From assembly GCA_951406725.2 (NCBI GenBank), contig OX597815.1:129208001-129272000 (forward strand): a stretch of 64,000 nt of DNA, given 5' to 3'. The position numbers and the translations under genes were made by a program. The notes beneath the pieces were generated by a model that had not been told where the DNA came from, ran no database searches, and was given only the letters and a program-made list of their open reading frames with translations. The first letter of the stretch is position 1, and every line of letters starts with the position of its first letter. This DNA is from Octopus vulgaris. Its lineage: Eukaryota. Shown piece by piece: positions 34,936-49,233 of this stretch.

Positions 34936-37929
34936 TTAAAGGCTTAACCGTGTTACACCTTGTATCAAACTGATTTTGCCTGAGAATTACATTGAGAGTA
35001 CACATGTCTGTGGAATATTCCACTACTTATAAGTGAATGCAATGAGCAGGTGGTTCTGTTGGTTGAACAATTAGATACTCATAACAGACTTCAAAGAAAA
35101 AAACTGTTTACTTTTTTCTCTCTTTTTAAGAAGTTGCATGTAAGTAAAACATGAGCAAGTAGGTGAAAAATATTGTTGTGCTGAAGAATTTGTTTAGCAA
35201 GTGTGTTTGAAGCACTGAACTCTGTTATTCATACTGTCAGCCTCAGATTGATGAAAACTGATGTTTATTTAGATCACAATTCAATAGAGTGAGGTGCCAC
35301 ATTATACAGAATAAAGCACTTAGTTTTGTGCCCTGCTGAGTCAACTAACTTACCTGCTCTTCAGGTAGTTACAAAATTAATTGTTTCATTTATGGTAACA
35401 TAAAACACAAATTTAAAACTTAAAAGAATCTGTATACAATGCAGTAAAGGCAACTGAAAAATTATAAGACATCTGCACTAAATTCCCCATCCCAATCATT
35501 TTTCTTACATAAGAGTGAAATGTACGATATTTGGGGCAGATACAATACAAATTCAATTAACACTATAAATGACATAAAATAGTTTTAAACTAGTTTGAGA
35601 GACTGGTGTAATGAATAGCTTATCACTAGGTATGCATAAATTGTTTTAATAAATGATAAAGCAAATTTCTTTTGACAACATCCGGGTCATTTTGAATAAA
35701 GTGAGAAAGATTATAGTTAAGTGAGTAGATTATGTGAATTAAGGAGATTTTTTATCTCAGGATAGAAGGATAAAGTCCTTCTATACTGTGCAGGAGCATA
35801 ACCCAAAAGTTAAGGCCTAAGCATTAAATTGGCCTTGTTATAGATTCCAACTTACAGGTTGAAAATGCATTGATTATTCTTGTACAGCTCTGACAAAACA
35901 AAAGGTTCTTTTATTCTTTTAATGGTTTCAGTTATTGGACTGCATCCATGCTAGGACACCCCAGTACTTATTTTAAGTCTGAAGTTTATACTATTAGTTT
36001 CAGAGACAAACATTTTGACACCAATTGCTAACGGGTGAGAAACAAATGGTGAGAAAGAGAGGGGGAGGGAGACAAAGTAAGACAGACAGACAAGCAGACA
36101 CATAAAAAATCACATGCTTCTGCACAGTTTCTATCAACTAAATACACTCACAAAGCAATGGTTGGCCTAGGGCTGAACCCAAAACCATATATATGGCTGC
36201 AAAAACAGACATTTTAATATATAGTCATACTTGCACCCATGACCAGAGAAAAAAAATTAAGTGTGATCTAAAAACCAGATGTGGTAGGGATACTGTACTG
36301 AAGAATAAAGAAAAATATCTGTATTAGGAATGTGAACCTATACTTGTAAGACCACAAGATCTAGGACACCAGATTTAACTTTTTAAAATAAAATTGCTCA
36401 TTTAAACAAATATAAATGATACAGGGAACCCTAGTAATAAAATATTTTTTTTAAAATACACCATGAAAAACTAAAAAAAAAAAAACACCTTGGATTTATA
36501 AATTGGATAAGGAGTAGATTATGCTACTTTTCAGGATTACACAGTATTTTTTTATCAATGTGGGCTATTTGCTAAAATAACCAGTGTTTAAAATTACAAT
36601 GTTTCAAAGAATCCTAGTGAATCAAAACTGACCTAAAAGCAATGATCAAAAGTGTTCATGCAGTGCCACGTAAGAGCACCCAGCACATTGTTATAGGGAT
36701 GGTAGTAATAATGGAGCACCCCACCACATACACACATGATGTGTGGTATGTGCTAGTTGTTACAAATAGTGTAACATAGGAAGCCAACACAGTAGAGAGG
36801 TAGAGAGTACAGAGGTAGCCAGTCAGAGAGATAGTCGCATCTTACTTGTCTAACTATACTGCTATACTGGAGTGGGCGTTATAACAGTCCAACAGAGGAT
36901 TACAACATTCTGTAAAGTGGTTGACATTAGGAAGAGTATCCAGTCATAGAAACCATGCCAAATCAGACTAGCGCCTAGTGCAGCACAGGTCAAACTGCTC
37001 AACCTGTACCAGCATGAACAACAGATGTTAAATGATGATGATCATCATAATAATATACACACACTTAGACACACACATTTACTAGGTAAATTTTCAATAT
37101 GGGCATTCTAACAAATCTGCTACTTTTAATAAATTGTGTTTAATTTGTACAATTAAATAAATATAGCAGTCTGATACTAATAGTTTGTGAAATGTAAAAA
37201 ACAAAGACTAAACAAAAGTTGTGCTTTGGGAAATTGGCTGTGTATGCAGAAAAATGAATAAAGTTGAAAAACAAGTAAGTAAAATTGTTGCAGGGAAAAA
37301 TAAACATTCAGATAGTATGTGCATAAGACAGGTGTAACAGTGATCAGAGATGTAAAAAGTACTATATCAAATTGTACAAACAGACTGAAATTTCCAATTC
37401 TAAAGGACTGTCAGACTATTCTTAGCCTGGCATTTGCTATCATATTGTAGACTACTAAACAATAATTCTTTCTACGATAGGCACACGGCCATTCTGCATT
37501 GGGCTGGAGTTAGTTGAATATATATGACCTCAAAAGAATGAAAGGTAAAGTCAATTTTGGCACAATTTGAACTCACAATGTAAAGCTGGAAGAAATGCCA
37601 CAAAGCATCTTGTCTGATGCACTAACAAGTATGTCAGTGACAAGACTTATAGTATTAAAATTGGTATGATACTAAGTTCCAATGTTGATGGCTTTACTCA
37701 ATGTATTAACAAACATATGTATAGGTAAGAATCAAATTTGGATTTGTTGCCAAGCTTAATCTAATAAAATGATGTATATAAACATTATTTGTGGTTAATT
37801 AAAGACATTCACTGTAATAAATTTCAAATTAAAAGAACAAAAGGACATCAAAAATAAAACAACGAATATTAGAATGGGATTTAAAATCAGTACAAAATTG
37901 TTGTTGATAATATGGAATGCATTTGACTT

Positions 37930-39330
37930 ATAATAATAATTATAATAATGAAATTATTGTGTATTGTGCTCAGGTGCACTACAACTCATCAAAGGTGCAT
38001 GTACAGTACATAGAATTATGTACAAAAGTCAGTAAAGTGAACAGTGTATGAGTCATGATATACATGTATGCATGCATATGGAAGGGGAAATATCAGGTGT
38101 AGAGTTAGAAAACTTCAGGAAGCATGGAGGTTTTAAAGGATGCAATGTCTCAGCAACTAACAACTGATGCAGGTAGTTCATTCCATGCTTCAGCAACTCT
38201 GAGTGTGAAAAAATGTTTCCGAAAGCCATGGGAGCTGTGCTGTTTTCTGGCTTTGTAGGCATGCACACATGTGTTAAACACATGGAGCTCAAAAAGGTGC
38301 TCAAGGTGGTTGTTGGCACAATGGTTAATAATTTTGTGGGTGTTTACCAAGTCAGTTGCCAGATGTCAGAGCTTCAATGTCACTATGCCCAAGGAGGCAA
38401 GGCATTCAAAGTGTGGTAGATACCTGATGGAGGGTATTTGCTTGGTTGCATGTCTCTGAATAGTTTCCAGGAAGTCAATGTCCTGAGCAAGATAGGGGTT
38501 CCAGACTGGTGATGCAAATTCAAAGTGTGGTCACACCATAGCCATACGCAGCCTTAAATAGATAGCTGGAGAGCAGCTGCCAAAGGTCTTGCTGAATGAC
38601 ACTAAGACACCCTTGGCCTTCTTGACAATTTTAGAGATGTGCTTTGTCCAGCACAAATCGCTGCTGACAGTAATGCCCAGGTCAGGTTCACAAGACGACT
38701 TCTTGATATTAGTGTTGTGGAGAGAGTATGCAGACACTGGGTTTTTCCTTCCAAAATGCATGATGGTACACTTGTCCACAGCCAGCTTGAATTGCCAGTC
38801 TGTGATCCATTGTTGCATTGTGTCCAGGTCTGATTGGAAGAAAGATCTATAGTGTTCAGGATCTGCCTTTTTCATCTCAAGGTTCAACTTGATGTCATCT
38901 GCATATTTCAGCATTGTGGCATTCTTTAAGTTATCATCTATGTCATTAATGTATGCAACAATCAAAAGGGAACCAAGAACAGATCCCTGTAGTACATTTC
39001 AGTGGGTGAAGAATACTGTCCTAGAACCATGACTACCTCTTTTTGAGTAAAAATAAAGGACTCCAAACAGTTAAAAAGATCATCTTTCTCACCTATTGCA
39101 GAAAGTTTTACCATAAGTCTTTTGTGTGACACAGAACTAAAAGCTTTAGCAAAGTCAAGGTAAACAACATTCATGAACCACCATCAGTGACCTGGGTGAT
39201 GTATTCAGGAAACTTGATAAGTTGATCACAGCAGTTGGAGTTAAGGATAAATCCAAATTGCGAAGGCCAGATGAGGCTGTGATAGACAACATTAACAACA
39301 AACTATTTCCAAAACAGTACCAGCCTGATA
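37930..39330 (-). mobile_element. CR1-like LINE remnant (RT to 3' end)
   Basis: YLDFAKAFSSVSHKRL, YINDI...LKYADDIKL, QQWITDWQFKLAVDKC..MHFG, FRKHFFTLRVAEAWNELPASVV. Confidence 0.9.
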
Positions 39331-40036
39331 AATCCTGCAAGTAAAGCCAAAAGTGGTTTTGTAACACTTGAAAAGTAGAAACAGAAGACTATCGTTATTA
39401 TCATCATCATTGTTGAATGTCTACTTTCCATGCGGTCATGGGTTGAACGGTTTCACTGATGTCTAGCAAGCCAGGAGGCTGCACCAGGCTCCAATCTGTT
39501 CTGACAAGGTTTCTACAGCTGGATGCCCTTCCTGACACCAACCACTCCAAGAATGTAGTGGGTGTTTTTTTTACATGTCACTGGCACATGGGCCAATCTG
39601 TTTTTGAAGCACCTGTGCTACTTGAAATATTGTATACAACCCATTGCATCGTCACCATAAGCTTGCTGAAGCATGCTCAATATCTCTGTAGCAAAATTCC
39701 ATGTTGGCTCTTTGTTCCTGTTCATGATAAAATCACAGACAACAGCATACACATGATCACAAAAACACAAATTTCACAACTTGCAAAGTAAACATTTTGA
39801 TGTCACTTGACACACTGCCTCATGAAGATCACTGCCAGCTCTCAACACATGCAACCATGTGCTACCAGCTGTTGATGCACTACAGAAGTACTTTGATACT
39901 TTGATACTTTGATAGGTTTCGGCCATTATTGGCCCAGGCCATGTCTAACTTAATAGTACCACCTGGTGCTATTAGTAGTCCAGGAACTTTTTGATACCAC
40001 CTCATACACATACACACACACACACAAATATATATA

Positions 40037-41423
40037 CTGGGTTGTCCGGAAAGTTCATGCCAATTTTTATTCACTCAGATTCCAACACATTAGAATATGT
40101 CAAATTTATCAATACATACGATATGCTTACATTTCCAGTTAGTGCACACTTCAAACTATCTCTTGAGAAAGAAGGTTTAAAATTACTTAATTCGTGTCAA
40201 TTCTGCATCTCTATGAAAATAGAAGTTTATAAGGTGCATTTTAAACACTTGATGCTTTTTTATTACCATAAAGGCAAAACTACTTTGCTAGCAACAAAAA
40301 AGATATGTGCTATGTACGGTGAAGGTACTTTGGCTGACAGAACTGTACAGAAATGGCTTGCTAAGTTTAGAGTTGGTAATTGTAGCTTTACTGATGAAGA
40401 ACACTCAGGCAGACACCCCCCGCCTCCGCCTCAGATGACCAAATCAGGGCACTAATTGAGCATAACTCGCATTACACAATGCAGGAATTGGCAGAAACAC
40501 TGAATTTATTAAAATCTACCTTCATGGGCACTTAGTGAAGCTTGGGGACTCAAATCACTACAATGTGTAGGTACCACATGATTTGAGTGAAAAGAATCTT
40601 TTGTATCACATTTTTATCTGTGATTTGCTGCATAAACACAATGAAAATGCATCCTTTTTTGAAGCAAATAGTGATGAGTGATGAGAAATGGATCGTTTAC
40701 AACAATGTTCAGTGAAAAAAAACCTGGGGTAAGTGACATGAGCCACCTTTAGCCACTTTAAAAGCAGGTCTTCATCCTAAGAAAGCCATGCTCTGCATCT
40801 GATGTGACTGGAAACGAATCCTGTACTTTTGCCAAGTAACCAGTCAATTAATTCTGAGAAGTACTGCTTGCAATTGGATGATTTGGCTGACAGAACTGTA
40901 CAGAAATGGTTTGCTAAGTTTAGAGTTGGTAATTGTAACTTTATTGATGAAGAACACTCAGGCAGACCCCCACACCCTTCAGATGATGACCAAGTCAGGG
41001 CATTGATTGAGATTCAAGAAAATTCAACAATTCAAGAAAAACACCCAGGAAAGGTGTTGTTTTCCATCAGGATAATGCCAGATCTCACGTTTCTTTGGTG
41101 ACCCATCAAAAATTGTTGCAGCTTGGCTGGAATGTGTTACTTAAACCCACCATATTCACCGAACATTGCTCCTTTGGATTTTCATTTATTCAGGTCCTTG
41201 CAAAATAACCTTAATAGTAAGAATTTTAATTCTTTGGAGAAACTCCACCTTAATGAGTTCTTTGCCAAGAAACCACCAAAATTCTAGGAAGACAGAACCT
41301 TTAAGTTGAAGAAAAGGTGGAGAAAGGTTGTACAACAAAATGGTTCATATTTAGTTGAATAAATATTTAATGGCATAATTTTGTTTCCCTTAAAAATCAG
41401 CATGAACTTTCCGGATAGCCCAA
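40037..41423 (+). mobile_element. Full-length decayed mariner transposon (D,D34D type)
   Basis: TIRs CTGGGTTGTCCGGAAAGTTCATG / CATGAACTTTCCGGATAGCCCAA with TA flanks. HTH ORF ICAMYGEGTLADRTVQKW...EEHSGR, *VPHDL, DEKWIVYNN, HQDNAR, PPYSPNIAPLDFHLF. Confidence 0.95.
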
Positions 41424-41444
41424 TATATATATATATATATATTA

Positions 41445-41658
41445 TTTCTTTATTGCCCACAAGGGGCTAAACATAGAGGGGACAAACGGATTAAGTCGAT
41501 TATATCGACCCCAGTGCAAAACTGGTACTTAATTCATCGACCCCGAAAGGATGAAAGGCAAAGTCGACCTCAGCGGAATTTGAACTCAGAACATAGCGGC
41601 AGACGAAATACCGCTAAGCATTTCGCCCGGCGTGCTAACGTTTCTGCCAGCTCGCCTT
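41445..41658 (-). mobile_element. Young tRNA-derived SINE (second family)
   Basis: Reverse complement of ggcgagctggcagaaacgttagcacgccgggcgaaatgc...gagttcaaattccgc.gaggtcgactttgcctttcatcctttcggggtcgat. CpG-rich. Confidence 0.9.
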
Positions 41659-41659
41659 A

Positions 41660-41680
41660 TATATATATATCATCCCACAC

Positions 41681-41716
<36 letters not shown>

Positions 41717-41813
41717 TCCCACACACAAATATATATGTATATAAATATATATATATATGTGTGTATATATATATATATCATCCCACACACAAATATATAT
41801 GCATATAAATATA

Positions 41814-41844
<31 letters not shown>

Positions 41845-41879
41845 CATCCCACACACAAATATATATGTATATAAATATA

Positions 41880-41915
<36 letters not shown>
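41660..41915. repeat. Compound minisatellite: CATCCCACACACAAA four times, embedded in (TA)n
   Basis: Direct reading. Confidence 0.9.
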
Positions 41916-41920
<5 letters not shown>

Positions 41921-42360
41921 TTTGGGAAAACAAATTTCCAAATCAATCAGGTACAACCCTTCAGCATCATATGGATCTACATATCGTACCCTGGGGTCTT
42001 ATTTATCGTATATTTATAGATAAATATATAAATATACGAAGTATTTGATAAAAGTCAATATTAATTCAATTTTGGGGGATTAATCAATATGCAGGTATTC
42101 TATTTCAGATAATACAAAAAAAAAACCTATTGAGTATATCAGAAAGTAAACGCGTGGTATCAGTTTGCACATCATGAAATAATACTTAAAGAATATAACC
42201 AAAATTACCAGCAGAGTATATAATATACTTCATTAATTATCTCTTACTTTAGTTAATACTTAAATTTATTAAATATGAAGGAACTACACGTGTTTCACTA
42301 TTGGAAGATTACAATATATGTACATATACACAACTGTATACATATATATATATACATAAA

Positions 42361-42588
42361 GGCGGCGAGCTGGCAGAAGCGTTAGCACGCCGGGCGAAAT
42401 GCGTAGCCGTATTTCGTCTGTCGTTACGTTCTGAGTTCAAATTCCGCCGAGGTCGACTTTGCCTTTCATCCTTTCGGGGTCGATAAATAAAGTACTAGTT
42501 TCCAACTGGGGTCGATGTAATCGACTTAATACCATTGTCTGTCCTTGTTTGTCCCCTCTATGTTTAGCCCCTTGTGGGCAGTAAAGAA
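42361..42588 (+). mobile_element. Young tRNA-derived SINE (second family)
   Basis: A box (TGGCAGAAGCGTT), B box (GAGTTCAAATTCC), core gcctttcatcctttcggggtcgataaa, tail gcccCttgtgggcagtaaagaaat. Confidence 0.9.
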
Positions 42589-42940
42589 ATATATATATAT
42601 ATACATATATATATACATATATACATATACATATACACAACTGTATCATATATACATATACATATATACATATACATATATACATATACATATATATATA
42701 TACATATACATATATATATATACATATACATATATACATATACATATATATATATACATATACATATATACATATACATATATACATATACATCAGGGGA
42801 TGTAAAAAAAGAAGAAACAAATGAAATCAATTTACACAGACTATTTTACAAACCAAATTATTACTTTTAAACAGTAGGTATACATTCAGAAATTGCTAAT
42901 GCAGACTACCACTGGTTTCTTTGGATCCTACTGTTTACTA

Positions 42941-43339
42941 CAGTGTTTCTCAAACATTTTCAGCTACTGCCTTTTGCTTTTACTAACACCTTTTAAATGC
43001 CACCTTGCTACATTTCACACCTCCCAGACTTTAGATATGTTTTATCAACAACAACTAATTAATTTTTACTTCAATATTCTATTGATTACATTTTATTTTC
43101 TCACATAGTATTAGTTTAAGGCAGTATTTTGATGTTATTTTTATTTATTTATTCACTTTCACATTTTCTAGTTTTTTTTTATGTTAGTACCCCAAAGTTA
43201 TATATCTTAATATCTTAACTAATTTACTTTCAGAACTTTAAAAATATTATTATTATTATTATCATCATCATTATTATTATTTTATCACTATGCCAAACCT
43301 ACTTACTATGGACTTGCTGCCCCCTGCTTGGGAAACACT
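42941..43339. mobile_element. Decayed hAT (Charlie-like) MITE
   Basis: CAGTGTTTCTCAA...TTGGGAAACACT termini. No clear TSD. Confidence 0.5.
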
Positions 43340-43749
43340 TTATGTGATTAGTCAGTGGTATCCAATGTATAGTTATTGGTATTTAATATCCCTCACTGAC
43401 TGAGAGCATGGAAATAGGCTGGTCAGCTGGTGTATTGTCAGATCACAGGAGAGTTTAAATCTTCAGTGGTTACTATTGTGTATCTAAGTAACGCATTTAT
43501 TCTTACATAACTCCATACTTCAAGGGTATGCCCTAGCACTTGCTACCACCTATCTCTCTCTTCTTTTCTCAACCATCCCATTTATATTCTGATCCCCATC
43601 CCTTGTGAGTATGCCTGGCACTCTGCCATCATATCTCTCTTGCACTCTTGCTGTCTCCCACTCTCTTTCTCTCCTTCTCCTGCTCTTCCCTCTGGCTGGG
43701 TAACTATGTATCTCCTTTACAGCAGTACACCTGTTTCTGACCTCATTCT

Positions 43750-43781
<32 letters not shown>

Positions 43782-45130
43782 TGCTGGCCAGGTAAACTTG
43801 TGCCTCCACTACAGCAAGACACCTGTTTCTGTCTCACTATAACTTTTCATCATCTGTCAAGAGATACCCTCCTCCAATGCCCCCCACTTTCAAAGGATCT
43901 TTGTCTTGCCAGTTACTTGGTGACCCTGCCTGTACTGATGCCACATAAAAAGCATTCAGTGCACACTATAAAGTGGTTGGCATTTAGAAGTGCATCCAGC
44001 TGTAAAAATCATGCCAAAACTGACTTCACCTGTGCTTGTGCCACATAAAAAGCACTCACTACACTCTGCTGGGTTGTTGGTGTTAGGAAAGGCATCCAGC
44101 TGTAAAAACCCTGCCAATCAGACACAGAAGTCAGGTACAAGCTCCTGACAAATCGTCCAGCCCATGCCAGTATGGAAGGTGGACATTAAATTATGATGAC
44201 AATAATGATGATGATGATACACATAATATCAAGCCAGAGTAATTTGGTTCCCTGTACTAGTTTTATGCAGGTGACTACCTACTATAAGTGAATATCTGAT
44301 GCATCATCACCTGACCTAACTTATTGACCCAATCCTTAGTGTGTGTAGTTTTGGCTAAACTCAGGCATGTAATCTAAGTGCTTCATATTTAACCTAAAGA
44401 TAACAATTGAAATTTCTCTTTATATTCCAGTTTATTGTTGTTGTAGCTAACTAGTCGTCTATTGTAATATCATTTATTTATTTTATCTAGTTTTAGCCCA
44501 AGAGCTATGGCCATAAGTTAATTTTTTTTCATTTTATTTGAATAAAAGACAATAACTTTAATAATATAACACAGGCATTGATCACTAACTCCTTAGCCCC
44601 CTTGGTTCCCAGTACTCACAAAAAATTTTCCACAACCCTGATCCAATAGATCACAGCAACCCTATGAAGCAGAGCTATGAGGAAAGGTATTTCAGCAATG
44701 ACCAAATCATCTTTTTATCCAATCACAAATATACCAACCTATACTACTTTTCATTTTTAAGACTGAGATTGTGATTTAAGGCAGATTTAGTCACTATTTC
44801 TATCATGTAAAGTGCCATTTAAAGGTGCTTTTGTTGGCTTTGCACTGATAAGGGCAGTGGCATCATTAGTTCTTTTCAGTATGTTACTGGTCCTGTTTAT
44901 ATCAACCCAGAAGGCTAAAAGACAAACAAGTTTCATACTCAGGCTCAAGGCTTAAGATTTATTGGAAAGAGGAAATGAAATTGCATGAATTCATGCCTTT
45001 CTTCAAAGTAGTGAATTAAAATTGGCTACCTCATAAATAGTAAACGGAAACAAAAATTATATTAAAATTAAAACTAAAGTTTCTTCAGAAATAAAATCAG
45101 CTAGAAAAAAAAAATATGACATACATATAT

Positions 45131-45520
45131 AGGAGTTGCTGTGTGGTAAGTAGCTTGCTTACAAATCACATGGTTCCAGGTTCAGTTCCACTGCATGGCA
45201 CCTTGGGCAAGTGTCTTCTACTATAGCCTGGGGCTGACCAAAGCCTTGTCAGTGGATTTGGTAGACGGAAACTGAAAGAAGCCTGTTGTATATATGCATA
45301 TATATGTACGAGTGTGTATATGTTTGTGCGTGTGTGTTTGTACCCCCAACATCGCTTGACAACCGATGCTGGTGTGCTTACATCCCCGTAACTTAACAAT
45401 TCGGCAAAAGAGACCGGTAGAATAAGTACTAAGCTTACAAAGTATAAGTCCTGGGGTCAATTTGCTCAACTAAAGGTGGTGCTCCAGCATGGCCACAGTC
45501 AAATGACTGAAACAAGTAAC
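45131..45520 (+). mobile_element. Full-length tRNA-derived SINE
   Basis: A box TGTGTGGTAAG, B-box-like GGTTCAGTTCC, central cttgggcaagtgtcttctactatagcc, 3' ctccagcatggccacagtcaaatgactgaaac. Confidence 0.9.
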
Positions 45521-46034
45521 AAAGAATATATATAAAATGTAAATGAAAATGATAAAACAAAGATTATTAGGAACATTCCAGTGATCAGTGAGGTAAAATA
45601 GAAATTCCTGTAAATTATATGCTTTTCCTAGTTATCAGTGGCTATCAATAAACAAACAGGTCATAAGATAGAATTACTGTACAACAATCTTGATCCTGGT
45701 GAGGTGATAATGTTTCTATCTGACACAGGTATAGATGCACAGAAACACAGTGTATTAATGCAACTATTCCTGTCTTGACCCTTATCGTAATTTTTCTATG
45801 AACTCTGTAAACAATTTCTTAATCTTTCAAAATTCTTCTAGTTTTAAAATCAACAACCCCAAATTCCTTTATTGTTTAAAAGATTTGTGAAATAATGAAA
45901 ATAATAATAATCCTTTCTCCTATAGGCACAAGGCCTGAAATTTTGAGAGAGGAGGCTTAGTTGATTACACTGACCTCAGGGCTCAACAGGTACTTATTTT
46001 ATTGATCCCAAAAGGATAAAGCAAAGCTACAGAA

Positions 46035-46785
46035 TTTGGATAGAACTAGAAAGCTGCTCACAATTGCATTCCATTCAAAAAACAATACCGACCAACTTTA
46101 CCTACCAAGAAAGGGGGGTGATAGAGGATTACTAAATGTAGAAGACTGCTATTTCTGTGATACTGGGTCTGAAAAATTATGTTGTGCAGAGCAGAGAAAG
46201 AATACTATTGGCAGCTTGAGATACCCAAAAAGTGACTGAAAGTGTAGGAGATTTCAAAGAGAAAAAGAAGAACAATAGAACAAACAAATAGAAAGAAATG
46301 AAATAACATGGCCAATTCAGGTAACAATCCAAGAATATTGGAAGTAAAGATTACTGCCTCTGGTTGACAAACAGGAACTTGAAATGAGAGACACTAGTAA
46401 TAGTTTCTCAGGAACAAGCCCTTAGAACAAATCTGATAAAGGCTTGATTGACAAAACTCAGTCAGACAGCAAAGATAGAATCTACAGGAAAGGAGATGAA
46501 AGTGCCAATTTCCTTTTGAGTGAATGCAGACATAATTGTGTAGACAAAAGAGCATATTGGGATGTTAGCTGAGTGTGATACTTCAAAACAATGGAAAAGT
46601 GGTATGAACATGAACCAGAGGAACTACAAGATGAGAACAACAAGATCTTGTGTGAGTTTCCCATAAAGACTGACCATAGTACTGAAGCAAGGAGACTAGG
46701 CATGATTATAGATGACAAAAGAAACAAACAGTGCAGGATCATAGGTTTTGCAATTCCCTATGATAGAAGAATCAACACCAGGGAG
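46035..46785 (+). mobile_element. Decayed RLE-type non-LTR element (R4/Dong-like) C-terminal fragment
   Basis: LYLPRKGGDRGLLNVED, HGQF, SQEQALRTN, KWYEHEPE...NKILCEFPIKTDH..EARR, IPYD (restriction-like endonuclease region). Confidence 0.75.
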
Positions 46786-49010
46786 TAGGATCTTAGCTGT
46801 TTTAGCCTTTCCCAGTAGCTGAGCAGTTGCAGGGAGACTATCTTCTTTGTGAAGCTTCTCTGAATTGCTTCAAGGTCTGCGGTTAATTTTACACTGTTGG
46901 GTGACCATAGCTGGGAGCAGTAGTCCAAACAGCTGAGGACAAATGTCCTCCATAGGACCATCATAGTTTCCTGCTCTCTGGTTCTGAAAGTCCTCAGGAT
47001 CCAGCCAGCCAGCCAGTCATCTGTACTTTGTCGCCATCCTGGTAATGTACACTTGGAAAGAGGTGTCATCACTCATATCGATACCCAGGTCCCTCACTGA
47101 TTTAGGCTCTGGAATTGTAATACCCTGTAAGTTTTATATTCAGTTTTGGATGCTGGTGGCACAGTGCTTGGAATTTTTCAACATTAAACTGCTCATTATT
47201 ATCCTCATCCCATCTGTAAACTGAGTCCAACTACTGCTGCAGGTGTGCAACATCACTGGGGTTCTGTATTTTCTGCGAGACTTTTGTATCATCTGCGTAG
47301 CTAACAAGGGTGGCTATCCGGGCAGCTCAGGGCATATCTGAGAGGGCCACTATGAAAAGCAGTGCTCCCAAGACAGTGCTCTGTGGAACACTGCTCATTA
47401 TTTGTGTTTTCTTTGAGATGGCTCCATTGGCCACTACTGCCTGACTTCTATCTTTCAGAAAGTCATGTAACCATTCTCCAAGTTTTCCAGCTATGCTGAG
47501 ATCACACAGTGATCCACTTTATCAAAAGCTTTTGCAAATTTGAGATATATTATGCCCACACTTGAATTGTTGAGTAACTGCCTCAACATCCATTCATAGT
47601 GCTGTAAGAGCTGCTCAAAGGGCATGCTGGGTATCACTCAGCAAGTCGTTTTCTTCAAGGAATGCGATTAGTTTCCCTCTGACAATGCATTCCATGACTT
47701 TGCTGATGTGTGAAGTCAGAGAGATAGGCCCATAGATTTTGGCATCTGCTCTGCTTCCTCTTTTATGGATTGGGCATATTATTCCCTCCTTCAGTTTGCT
47801 TGGCAGCCTGCCATTTGCAAGAAAGCTCTGGAAGAGAATCTGTAGAGGTTTCACCAGGGCATGCTTGCACAATTTGAGGACCAGCAGTTGAGTTTGCATC
47901 CTCCTCATCTATGGCTAGTAGTATATCTTCTTTGCTAATGTCGATGTAATCCATCATAACTGCCTCACTGGTTATAGGTGAGGCAGCAAAGAAATCCACT
48001 GGTTCATTCATTTGTGTGTTCCAACAGGGTGGTAAAGACACTTTTGGACTGGTCAGTCAGTTCCTCACTGATCCTGGTAGGACTATCTGTGAGGGAGCCA
48101 TCCTTTAGGAAGAGCGGTCCTATTTTGCAGCATAGTGAGACTGTTTCTTTGGCATAATGAAAGATGACCTTTGGGTTTGACTAAATGTTTTTTTTAGAAC
48201 CCAGGTTTCTTTGTCGGCTCTCTTCTTCACATAGGATTGTTGCAGGCTTTTTGCAATCTCCTTCAGTGCTGTTTTTAGGCGGACCTTTCACTACTTTTGG
48301 AATGTTGGTTGAAGCGATTTACAACTTTTGTCCATAGTCTCATTAGGATCTTCCTCTCCCTTGGAATCTTGTACCATTTTGTGTTGACCTTGTGCTCCGG
48401 AACATACTTCTGGCATATGGTTTGCATAACAGACTTGCCAATGTCTGGTGTGGAGAGACATTTTGGCCAGTCCTGTCTGAGGACCTCTTTTTGGATCAAT
48501 TTCCAGTCCGCTTTGTGGAAGTTCAGATTGGAGAGATTTGGGGTGCTTCCTTTAGGCTGTATGTCTCTGGCTACTTTTGGTCTGTAAATAGCTAGCCCTA
48601 TTATGTTGTGAACCGAAACTAATGTCGGCATCACTTTCACATCATACATGATGTCACTATTGCATATCCTTGACTTCACTCCAAATTTCTTCTCCCCTCT
48701 AGGGTTTTGGATTCCATTGGAGCCTCCATATTTGAGATTTTTGTTTTTTGTTTGGCAGTTTGGGGCTTTGGTTTTGGTTATTTCATGTTTTCCTTTTTCT
48801 CCCCTTCTTTATGTTTATTCTCGTGTCCTTTCATTCCTTTTCTGGTGGTAGCACTTGCATTCCTCTGGTTGTCCAATGGGGTGAGGACTCCATTCCTTTG
48901 TGGGACCACTGGCACAGAGGGATTTCTGGTTGTTGCTTCTTCAGCTTCCCTTATCAGCCTTGCCACAGTAGTTTACCATGATGACATCAAGAGTGTCAAT
49001 GTGTGGTCTA
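46784..49010 (-). mobile_element. CR1-like LINE remnant (APE end through RT)
   Basis: LNFHKADWK, IICPIHKRGSRADAKIYGPISLTSHISKVME, FAKAFDKV, SYADDTKV, LDYCSQLWSP...LEAIQRSFTK. Confidence 0.88.
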
Positions 49011-49029
49011 ATAAAGGCAGACGGGTATA

Positions 49030-49073
<44 letters not shown>

Positions 49074-49175
49074 AACACAAACAAATAAGAAAATGGAGAA
49101 ACAATTTAGTTGGTTTATCAGCTTTAGGATATTAGAATGTTGACTTATTTAACAAAATGAGAACCATAATAACAT

Positions 49176-49214
<39 letters not shown>

Positions 49215-49233
49215 CTAACAATACAGTGTCATA

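Noticed and set aside
35340-35370. Strong minus-strand donor CAG|GTAAGT
   Set aside because: It lies in a decayed SINE-like tract with no convincing acceptor or reading frame.
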